Assembly (NCBI GenBank): GCA_038231435.1
Contig: JBBRLJ010000022.1
Location: 1 to 64,000, forward strand
Reading direction: 5' to 3'
Length of the DNA stretch: 64,000 bases
Source of the DNA: Planctomycetota bacterium
GTDB lineage: Bacteria > Planctomycetota > UBA11346
In this document: piece by piece, positions 1 to 7,803 of the stretch
Numbering within the stretch: the first letter of the stretch is position 1
Layout: every line of letters begins with the position of its first letter
Position numbers and translations under genes: made by a program
The notes under the pieces: generated by a model
Seen by the model: only the letters and a program-made list of their open reading frames with translations
Database searches by the model: none
Told to the model about the DNA's origin: nothing

Positions 1-81
1 CTCGGCATCGAAACGCGTCTCGGTGACGCACCACGGTGGAGTCAGCCCGAGGGCCATCGTGAACAGGGGGTTGGTGTCCAT
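1..81 (-). mobile_element. ISL3-family transposase, N-terminus (continues off the left edge of the window)
   Basis: Manual translation from ATG at 81 gives MDTNPLFTMALGLTPPWCVTETRFDAE, matching the typical ISL3 N-terminus (LF..ALGL.PPW.V....FD). Not in the supplied ORF track. Confidence 0.8.
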
Positions 82-117
82 GCCGGACAACCTGGGCCTT
101 CATGTGCGCCTGCAAGG

Positions 118-141
118 ACCCACGGGAAACGACGCAGAGCC
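118..141 (-). repeat. ISL3 left terminal inverted repeat
   Basis: Minus strand reads GGCTCTGCGTCGTTTCCCGTGGGT. ISL3 IRs typically begin GGCTCT, and this lies 60 bp upstream of the transposase start. Confidence 0.7.
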
Positions 142-150
142 GGAAATCAT

Positions 151-448
151 ATGCGTACTCTCCTCGTTCTGAGTATTGCCTTCGCCTCCATGACGACAGC
201 GTTCAGCGAAGACAAGGCCACCAGCAATGCCAATGATGCCAAGGCCGTCAACGCCGTCTGCCCGATGGACGGAAAGCCGGTCGACCCGAAAATCGCTCCG
301 GTCGCGGGAAAGACCAAGGAAGGAAAAGGTGGTCATGATGGGATGCTGTAGCGATGGCTGCGCAACCGAGATTAAGAAGAATCCCGACCAGTCTGCCGAC
401 GCCGCCGTCTCCAATAAGGCCTGGAAGAAGGAAGAAGCCGTCAAATAG
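151..448 (+). pseudogene. Exported YHS/TRASH-like metal-binding protein, split by a frameshift
   Basis: Signal peptide and NAVCPMDGKPVD in frame 151..351. The second half, VVMMGCCSDGCATEIKKNP, is in frame 227..448. One extra A in the run at 324-327 separates them. Confidence 0.7.
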
Positions 449-470
449 GCTCTGCGATGATATCACTGCG

Positions 471-499
471 TGACCTCCCTGGAGTACCCATGGAGGTCA
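471..499 (+). terminator. Possible terminator hairpin
   Basis: TGACCTCC ... GGAGGTCA inverted repeat downstream of the YHS-like gene, with a weak T-rich tail. Confidence 0.35.
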
Positions 500-604
500 T
501 GTCGTTTTCCGCTGCGTATCATCTGCACAATGAATCCGACCAGCAGGCTGATGCGTGCAACACCTCGATGTGCTGCGTCTATCGTGGTCGATGAGCCAAG
601 GTGA

Positions 605-880
605 ATGCGCGTGAGCCGTCAGGGCGAGGAGAAAGCGGACCTGGCGATCAGGACGTTCGAACTCTCGCAAAGCCTGGAAACACGCTGGTCGACAGCAGAT
701 CGCACCGAGAAGCGCAACTTGCTACGAATGGTGTGTTCGAACCTGACTTGGAACGGCACAAGCCTCGTCGTACAAATGAGAAAGCCCTTCGACTTGTTCG
801 TCGAAGGGCTCCTCATCTCATTTGGTCGGACCGACAAGATTCGAACTTGCGACCTCTACCACCCCAAGGTAGCGCTCTAA
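605..880 (+). pseudogene. C-terminal remnant of a large serine recombinase (integrase)
   Basis: FELSQSL..RW..AD..EKR.LL..VCSNL.W.G.SL....RKPFDL resembles serine-recombinase C-termini. The catalytic domain is absent and the ORF reads antisense into the tRNA 3' half. Confidence 0.65.
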
Positions 881-901
881 TCCAGGCTGAGCTACGGTCC
901 G
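823..901 (-). tRNA. tRNA-Pro (GGG)
   Basis: Cloverleaf CGGACCG-TA-GCTC-AGCCTGGATTA-GAGC-G-CTACC-TTGGGGT-GGTAG-AGGTC-GCAAG-TTCGAAT-CTTGT-CGGTCCG-A-CCA. Anticodon GGG, encoded CCA. Confidence 0.97.
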
Positions 902-1130
902 ATACGTTTGACTGAGACGATGGGGGACGATTGAAGGAAGGGCATTTATGGCTCCAGGATGGGCGGGTCAACCCCGAAGGATGGCGTGATCGGCGCCGCT
1001 GAGCGATCGTGGAGGCGCTCGATTCGGTGCACTCCGCATCGCACACCGCGTTTCCCGCGGCGATCGGCTGCTTCCTCGTATGGTCACGGGCGCATGCTGG
1101 TCTGCCCTGCCAGCACCGTTCGGAGCTCCC

Positions 1131-4100
1131 ATGTCGATGATGCGCGCCTTGTCTCTCGCGGTGCTGGTGCTGTCTGCTTCGGGTCTTTCCCGATCAGTCC
1201 ATGCGGCCGAGGCGGTCGCCGACGGCAAGCTGGGCGAGAAGCTCGCGCGAATCGACGGGCTAGCCGCGCATCTGGCCGAGAAGGACGGGCGCTTCGGCTG
1301 GTCGGACGGCAAGCTGGTGTCGCTCGACGTGGTCGATGTCGGCTCGGACGACCAGGCGATCGTGGAGACCGACGGCGAGCGGATCTCCGTCCCGGTCGCG
1401 TACATCGTCGAGGGCCGCACTGACATCGCGGCGCAGGTCCCGGCGCTGGCCAAGGCCGCCAAGAGCGGCGGCGTCACCGGAACGCTGAAGCTCGAATGCA
1501 CCGGGCTCACCGGAACCATCCTGCGCGGCGAGCAGGCGATCGTGATGGACGGCAAGGTGCTCAAGCTCCAAGGCGCCGCGGCCTCGAAGCCTACGGACAA
1601 GCCCTCGGACAAGCCCTCGGAAAGGGTTTCCGACAAGCCCACCGACCGGGCCAAGGATCGCGAGCTCCTGCGCGCCGCCGCCGACCGGTTCAAGCCGAAG
1701 TTGGTCGCGCTGGGCATGAACGCCGAGGCCCGCGCCGCCACCGAGGACATCCTCGCGCGTCTCTCCAAGGATGACGGCAAGGAGCCAGTCGACGAGGTCG
1801 CGCCGGCGTTCGCCCGTCGGCTGGTGCGCAGCGGCTGGCTCGCGCAGTTGTCGCCGGCGGTCGACAAGGCTTCTTCCGACGCGCTCAAGCAGGCGGTGCT
1901 CGCCGCCGAGAAGCTGCAGCCGGTGAAGAGCTATGCCGAGGCCGGCGCCTCTGGGACGACCCTGGTCGAGCTGCGCGATGCCTTCGGTCATGGCGGCTGG
2001 ACGCTGGCCACGCCGACGCGCTGCGCATACACCATGCTCGAGCCCGATCCGATGTTCATGCGCCCGCTGGCGCTCGAGCTGGTCGTCGACCTTCCCACCA
2101 AGGCGGATCCCACTACCGATGCCGACAAGGCCACCGCCGCACGGGTGTGCTTCCACGGCCGCGTGGTGGGCTCGTGGGACGGCAAGGTCTTCACGGCTGA
2201 CGAGGCGGCCTGGCGCCAGGCAGTGCCCGAGGAGACTCGCGGTTCCGTCGCCGCGCATTCGCTGCCCGCCCACCTGGTGCTGTGCGCGCTCAACGGCGAC
2301 CGCCGCAAGCTGATCGTCGCCGGCGGCGTGGTGACCGCGCCCAGGGATGCGACCGCGGCCGAGGCTTCGCGCTTCCTCGGCGAGGCTGCGAAGGCCCTGC
2401 CCGCCCCGGGCGACATGGACCTGGTCGGCGAATATTTCTACCGTTACGTGTACGACAGCCCGGATCCGCGCTTCGCGATGGCGGTGGGAAACAAGCAGCA
2501 GAAGGGCGACATCCACCAGACCGCGGCGCAGACGGTGGGTAGCGTCACCGGCGGCATGATGCGCGGCGACTGCGACGACATAGCCGAGCTGTACCAGGCG
2601 ATCCGCGAGAAGCAGGGGGGCTACGGCCACTGCGTGCTGCTGCCCGGGCACACCGCCTTCGTCTGGGCGGTCAAGGACCACGATGATTGGCGCGCGAACC
2701 TGCTGCAGACCGGTCCACCGATGTCCTATAGCGCCAAGACCCTGCCCGATGCGCTCAAGCAGCTGTACACCAGCTTCGACGCCACCGCCCCATTCGATCC
2801 GAACGGCGTTGGCATCCTGTTGCGCTTCTCGGGCGAGAACACGCGCGGCCCGTGGCGCCTGTCGTGGCGAATCTTCGCAGAGCCCGAGTACTCGAAGACC
2901 ATGGTCGAGGTCCAGCGCGACTGGCAGTACCAGACCTACGAACGCGGCATCACCACCATGAAGAAGATGATCGAGGGCGGCGACAAGGACCCCGCGAACT
3001 ATCGCGAGCTTGCCGGCCTGGCCAGCTTCACCGGCCAGTACGCGCTCGCCGCGGAGTGGAACCAGAAGGCCATCGACGTCACCGACGACGCCGTCGGCAA
3101 GCTGACCATGACCCTCGAGCAGGTCGGCCATCTCCACGATGCCGGCGACGACGATAAGGCGCGCTCGCTGCTGACGGATGTCCTCGACCGGCAGCTGCCG
3201 CCGTTGAAGGAGAAGCTAGGTGCCGGAGTGCTCCAGGTCGGTCTCGAGATGGCTGGCGTGGCCTCGCGGATGAAATCGGTCGAGCTCGCGACGCGCGCGC
3301 TGAAAGAGACCGTGCTGCTGCCGATGTCGACGGTGATCAAGCAGTTGAGCGCATACGTGGCGAGCCCGCAGTTCAATCAAGAGGCATGGGACAACGCCAC
3401 CCAGCTGCAGACGGCGCGGCGCCTCGCTGCCGAGTACGTGGGCGTCGGCATGATGGTGCTCAAGGACATCGGCAAGGATGCAGTGGCCAAGGACGCGACG
3501 CTGTCGCTGGTGCTGCAGGGCTCCGGCGAATGGCTCTCGCGCATCGCCTTCAAGGATGTCGACGACCAGGCGGACGTGTTGTCGAAGTACGCGATGCTCG
3601 GGGCGATGGAGCGGTTTCTGCTCGGCGATCAGGAGCTGTTGGCGCGGCTCGAGAAAGCGCCATTCCCGGCATCCGCGAAGAAGGACCACGTCAAGCGCGA
3701 CGCCCTCGAGGATCCCAAGCAGCTCGAATCCGACCTGTCGTGGATCAAGCTCTCGGTGCCGTTCTGGTTCGGCCAGCTCTCCGAGCAGTTCGCGCGCGAG
3801 AAGGACGCGCTCGACCGCCCGCTGGCGAAGCGCTTGGCAAAGGGCTTCGCCGACGCGGTCGCGGCATGCAAGAAGCTCGGCATCGCCAGTCCGTCGATGG
3901 ACGAGCAGCAGCATCTCGGCGCGGTGATCGTGGCGATGCTCGACCAGGACGCCAAGGTCCTGCGCGAGCGCCTCAAATTCGTGGCCAAGGAGAACGACAA
4001 GCGCCTGCGCGACGACACCGCGCAGTGGCTGGGAGATTGCGCACGTTGGTCGGACGACGCCTGGTACGAGCAGGTGATCCAGATGTGGAAGGAGGAGGTG

Positions 4101-4310
4101 AACTACAAGCCGAAGTGGTTCTGGGTCGCCTGGCGCGCCGCGCTCAACAAGGCTCCGAAGCTCGCCCTGGCGGTGGCAAAGCGCGCGGCCCAGGAATACA
4201 AGGACGACCAGTCGTTCACCGAGGAATACGACTTCATGCGCCAGCTGCTCGAAGGCGCCAAGCAGGAGAAGCAGCCCGAGAAGCTGCCAGAGAAGACTCC
4301 CGCCCAGTGA
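1131..4310 (+). CDS. Large exported protein with transglutaminase-like core and TPR-like C-terminal region
   Basis: Signal peptide MSMMRALSLAVLVL..VHA, GDCDDIAEL and LPGHTAFVW motifs, helical repeats, strong codon bias. Start at 1131 after ggag. Confidence 0.7.
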   Translation: MSMMRALSLAVLVLSASGLSRSVHAAEAVADGKLGEKLARIDGLAAHLAEKDGRFGWSDGKLVSLDVVDVGSDDQAIVETDGERISVPVAYIVEGRTDIAAQVPALAKAAKSGGVTGTLKLECTGLTGTILRGEQAIVMDGKVLKLQGAAASKPTDKPSDKPSERVSDKPTDRAKDRELLRAAADRFKPKLVALGMNAEARAATEDILARLSKDDGKEPVDEVAPAFARRLVRSGWLAQLSPAVDKASSDALKQAVLAAEKLQPVKSYAEAGASGTTLVELRDAFGHGGWTLATPTRCAYTMLEPDPMFMRPLALELVVDLPTKADPTTDADKATAARVCFHGRVVGSWDGKVFTADEAAWRQAVPEETRGSVAAHSLPAHLVLCALNGDRRKLIVAGGVVTAPRDATAAEASRFLGEAAKALPAPGDMDLVGEYFYRYVYDSPDPRFAMAVGNKQQKGDIHQTAAQTVGSVTGGMMRGDCDDIAELYQAIREKQGGYGHCVLLPGHTAFVWAVKDHDDWRANLLQTGPPMSYSAKTLPDALKQLYTSFDATAPFDPNGVGILLRFSGENTRGPWRLSWRIFAEPEYSKTMVEVQRDWQYQTYERGITTMKKMIEGGDKDPANYRELAGLASFTGQYALAAEWNQKAIDVTDDAVGKLTMTLEQVGHLHDAGDDDKARSLLTDVLDRQLPPLKEKLGAGVLQVGLEMAGVASRMKSVELATRALKETVLLPMSTVIKQLSAYVASPQFNQEAWDNATQLQTARRLAAEYVGVGMMVLKDIGKDAVAKDATLSLVLQGSGEWLSRIAFKDVDDQADVLSKYAMLGAMERFLLGDQELLARLEKAPFPASAKKDHVKRDALEDPKQLESDLSWIKLSVPFWFGQLSEQFAREKDALDRPLAKRLAKGFADAVAACKKLGIASPSMDEQQHLGAVIVAMLDQDAKVLRERLKFVAKENDKRLRDDTAQWLGDCARWSDDAWYEQVIQMWKEEVNYKPKWFWVAWRAALNKAPKLALAVAKRAAQEYKDDQSFTEEYDFMRQLLEGAKQEKQPEKLPEKTPAQ

Positions 4311-4744
4311 GGGCTTGACGGTGGTCCGGTCCGATCTGCGGGCTCGCGACCGACCGTCGTAACGTCGCGCATCGCCGCGGCATTGCGCTGAGCTTATCAC
4401 GAACAGTGCGAACATCGCGCCGATCGCCCCGAGGCCGCACGACGTCTTGGCGGCGGAGCTGGCAGCGCAGGACGCGCCGCCGTGACTGCTCGCGCCGCTC
4501 GAGATCGCGAGGGCGCCGGCGGTGTAGTACTCGCGCGCCACCCAACGGAAGAAGCCGCCGTCGTCGTCACCGCAGTACGGCGTGGTCAAGGTGTCCGTGC
4601 TGGCGGCTGGTGCCGGCGGCAGAGCTGGGAGCGGTCACCTGGCCGTCGGGCATGGTGCCCATCAAGATCGCGGATGCGGCGCACGTTCGACGAGCGCGCC
4701 ATGCTGCCTGGAATGGGTTTACGGCGCGATCGCGCTTCCGTCAC

Positions 4745-4762
4745 CTCTCATCCGGCTCTCAT
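4745..4762 (+). promoter_or_regulatory. Putative OmpR-family binding site (CTCTCAT-N4-CTCTCAT)
   Basis: Perfect 7-bp direct repeat with 11-bp period, upstream of a -10-like CATCCT and of the PepSY-like gene next to an OmpR-family regulator. Confidence 0.55.
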
Positions 4763-4837
4763 GTTCGCATCCTACGGTGCCGCCATAACCCAAGGCCAGC
4801 CTCGCGGCCGGCCTGCATCGACTCGAAGGAGCATCCC

Positions 4838-5278
4838 ATGTTCGACCGCATCGTCATCTCCACCGCGATCCTGCTGTTCGGCCTCGCCGCCGGATCGGGC
4901 GCATCAGGCGCCGAGAAGAAGGACCACAACCAGCCGTCCGACGCCAGGAAGCACAGCCTGCAGCAGATCAAGCCCGAGGAGGTGCCGGCGGCACCCAAGT
5001 CCTCGCTCGACAAACTCGTCGAGGGCGTGGCGGTGATCGCCTACGAGAAGCTGACCTTCAAGGGCAAGCCGGCCTACGCGGCGGACATCACCGGTACCGA
5101 GAAGGGCACGGTGATCGAATACGTCGTCTCCGAGAGCGGCAGCTTCCTGCGCAAGCATGTGCAGTCGGTCGACGGCTCGCCGATCGCCAAGCCCAAGAAG
5201 GGTGACGCCAAGCCAGCCAAGCCGGCCAGCACATCGGCCGGCAAGTCGGAAACGAAGCCGGCCCAGGACGCGAAGTGA
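4838..5278 (+). CDS. Small exported PepSY-like protein
   Basis: aaggag RBS, signal peptide, EEVPAAPKSSL..K...G....YEK.....K.AYAA...EY.V...G pattern, Lys/Pro-rich tail. Confidence 0.7.
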   Translation: MFDRIVISTAILLFGLAAGSGASGAEKKDHNQPSDARKHSLQQIKPEEVPAAPKSSLDKLVEGVAVIAYEKLTFKGKPAYAADITGTEKGTVIEYVVSESGSFLRKHVQSVDGSPIAKPKKGDAKPAKPASTSAGKSETKPAQDAK

Positions 5279-5458
5279 CGGGGACCGGAGGCGGCGCCTC
5301 GCGCGCCGCCTCCGGCATGTCGCCCGGCCGCAAGTGGCCGTGGCGGTGCGCGCGGATCGCCCACACTGCCATACATCCACACCAGCCACATCAGCCACAT
5401 CAGCAGATACCCGCCCACACCAGCCTTCTGACAGCTTTAGCGAGGTGGAGTCCACGTC

Positions 5459-6136
5459 ATGCGCATCCTGGTCGTCGAGGATTACACGCCGCTGCGCACC
5501 GCGATCACCCGCGGGCTGACCGAGGAAGGCTTCGCCGTCGATGCCGCCGGCGATGGCGAGGAGGGCGAATGGTACGCCACCAGCAACGCCTACGACGCGA
5601 TCATCCTCGACCTGATGCTGCCCAAGCGCGATGGGCTCTCGGTGCTCGCCAATCTGCGCGCCCGCGGCTGCGCGACGCACGTGCTGGTGCTCACCGCCCG
5701 CGATGGGGTCGACGATCGTGTGGACGGCCTCGATCGCGGCGCCGACGATTATCTGTGCAAGCCATTCGCCTTCGCCGAACTGCTCGCCCGCGTGCGCGCA
5801 CTGGTGCGGCGCACCTACCAGGCCAAGGATCCCTGGCTGCGCTGCGAGGATCTCGAGATCGATACCGCGCGCCGCGTCGTGCGCCGCGCCGGCGCGGCCA
5901 TCGAGCTCACCAGCCGCGAATACGCGCTGCTCGAGTTCCTGGCGCTGCGCGCCGGGCAGGTGGTGAGCCGCACCGACATCTGGGAGCACGTCTACGATTT
6001 CGCCTCCGAGAACGGCAGCAACGTCGTCGACGTCTACATCGGCTATCTGCGCCGCAAGCTCGAGCGCGAGGGCCAGTCGAAGCTGATCCACACCCGGCGC
6101 GGCCAGGGCTATGTGCTCGGAGCCGAGGCGGGATGA
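5459..6136 (+). CDS. OmpR-family response regulator
   Basis: MRILVVED, DAIILDLMLP, GADDYLCKPF and winged-helix SNVVDVYIGYLRRKL...HTRRGQGY. Confidence 0.97.
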   Translation: MRILVVEDYTPLRTAITRGLTEEGFAVDAAGDGEEGEWYATSNAYDAIILDLMLPKRDGLSVLANLRARGCATHVLVLTARDGVDDRVDGLDRGADDYLCKPFAFAELLARVRALVRRTYQAKDPWLRCEDLEIDTARRVVRRAGAAIELTSREYALLEFLALRAGQVVSRTDIWEHVYDFASENGSNVVDVYIGYLRRKLEREGQSKLIHTRRGQGYVLGAEAG

Positions 6137-6143
6137 TGCTTTC

Positions 6144-7598
6144 ATGAGCTCTCTACGGCGGCGCGCCGTGGCCGGCGCCGCGCTCACCGCGGCGGCCGCG
6201 CTCGCGGTGTCCGGGATCGCCATCCATTTGACCGTGCGCTCGGTGCTCACCGGCGGCTTCGACGCGGATCTCGCCGCGCGGGCTCGCGCGCTGGCGGGGC
6301 TGGTGGTGGTGGATTCGGGGCACGTCGAGGCGCTCGCTCCGAGCGGTTCGGAGTACGGCGCGGAGGGAGACGTCGTCTACCGCATCGCCGATCTCGATGG
6401 CGTGGTGCTGGCGCGTTCGCCGGCGCTCAGCGATCGCGATCTCGCGTCCGGGGACATGGGCACGCTCGAGTCCCCGGCGATCCGCCTGGATCAGCTCCAT
6501 GGCGCCGCCGTCAGGGCCGCGACCGCGATGTGGACGGTGCGCCACGATGGCCGCGCCAGTCGCAAGGAGGTGCGCGCCGTGGTCACGGTCGCGCGCCGCA
6601 CCGAAGCCTTGGACACCCAGCTCGGGCGCCTGGCGTGGCTGCTTTCGGCGGTAACGGCGGCGGTGGCGGTGGCGTGCGGCCTGGCGATGTCCGCGGTGAT
6701 CCGCCAAGTATTGGTACCGCTCGATCGCCTGGCCAAGCGCATCGGCGCGCTCGACGACCGCTCGCTTGGCAAGCGCCTCGGACTGGGCGCGGTACCGCTC
6801 GAGTTGGTGCCGGTAGTGGGCCGCCTCGACAACCTGCTCGCCCGGCTCGAGCAGGCGTTCACGCGCGAGAAGGTGTTCAGCGCGGCGGTGGCCCACGAGC
6901 TGCGCACGCCGATCGCAGGCTTGCGCGCCACCATCGACGTGTGCCAAGCGCGGGTACGCGAGCCGGCCGAGTACCAGCGCGCGCTGGCGGAGTGCGAAGG
7001 GATCTGCGCGCAGATGCAGGCGATGGTTGAGAGTCTGCTGCTGCTCGCGCGCCTCGACACCGGCCAGATCCACGCGCGCACCGAGGAGCTCGATCTCGCC
7101 GACGCGCTGCGCGCCTGCTGGCGAGCCTACGATGAGGCGGCGCGGACGCGCCGACTGCGCGTGGATTGGAAGCTAGCCGAACCACTGCTCATGGTCACCG
7201 ATCCGGCGCTGCTGCGCGTGGTGACGGCGAACCTGTTCGACAACGCCACCAGCCACGCCGATGAAGGCGGTGACATAGTCATCGCCACCTCGTCCGCCGA
7301 TGGCATCGCTACCATTCGCGTCGCCAACAGCGGCTGCGCGCTCGCGCCCGAGCAGGCGGGAAAGGTCTTCGACCGCTTCTGGCGCGGCGACGCTTCGCGT
7401 GGCGCCACCGGCCGTCATTGCGGTCTCGGGCTGTCCCTGTGCCAGGATCTGGCGACGATCCTCGGCGGGAACATCACGGCATCCGTCCAGGGCGGACGCT
7501 TCTCGATTGAACTGAGCGTGCCGCTCCGATCCGGCGGGATAGGCGGCGCCGCCGGCAAGAAGACCCCAGGGCAGGCCGGGCCGAATTCCGCGACCTAG
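6144..7598 (+). CDS. Sensor histidine kinase (HAMP, HisKA, HATPase)
   Basis: Two TM segments, H-box VAHELRTP, N-box NLFDNA, FDRFWRGD, G-box GLGLSL. Confidence 0.95.
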   Translation: MSSLRRRAVAGAALTAAAALAVSGIAIHLTVRSVLTGGFDADLAARARALAGLVVVDSGHVEALAPSGSEYGAEGDVVYRIADLDGVVLARSPALSDRDLASGDMGTLESPAIRLDQLHGAAVRAATAMWTVRHDGRASRKEVRAVVTVARRTEALDTQLGRLAWLLSAVTAAVAVACGLAMSAVIRQVLVPLDRLAKRIGALDDRSLGKRLGLGAVPLELVPVVGRLDNLLARLEQAFTREKVFSAAVAHELRTPIAGLRATIDVCQARVREPAEYQRALAECEGICAQMQAMVESLLLLARLDTGQIHARTEELDLADALRACWRAYDEAARTRRLRVDWKLAEPLLMVTDPALLRVVTANLFDNATSHADEGGDIVIATSSADGIATIRVANSGCALAPEQAGKVFDRFWRGDASRGATGRHCGLGLSLCQDLATILGGNITASVQGGRFSIELSVPLRSGGIGGAAGKKTPGQAGPNSAT

Positions 7599-7803
7599 TT
7601 CTGCTCGTCCTGGCGCACGGACGCGGGCCTTCCCGCCAACGGCCTGCCCGGCGCCGAGCCCGGCACGAGCGCTTGCGGCATAGGCCGGCGGGGGTACCGT
7701 TTCAGCCCTTTCCGCACCGTCTTTCCGGGCCATCGCTAGGCCCTGAGGAACCGCGGAGGGGTCGATTCACGGCGCTTGGCGCCAAGGACTTGAGAAGAAG
7801 CCG

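Noticed and set aside
7744..7755. T-box-like GAGGAACCGCG upstream of alaS
   Set aside because: AGGA instead of UGGN, the leader is too short for stem I, and the bases are already paired in a simple hairpin.
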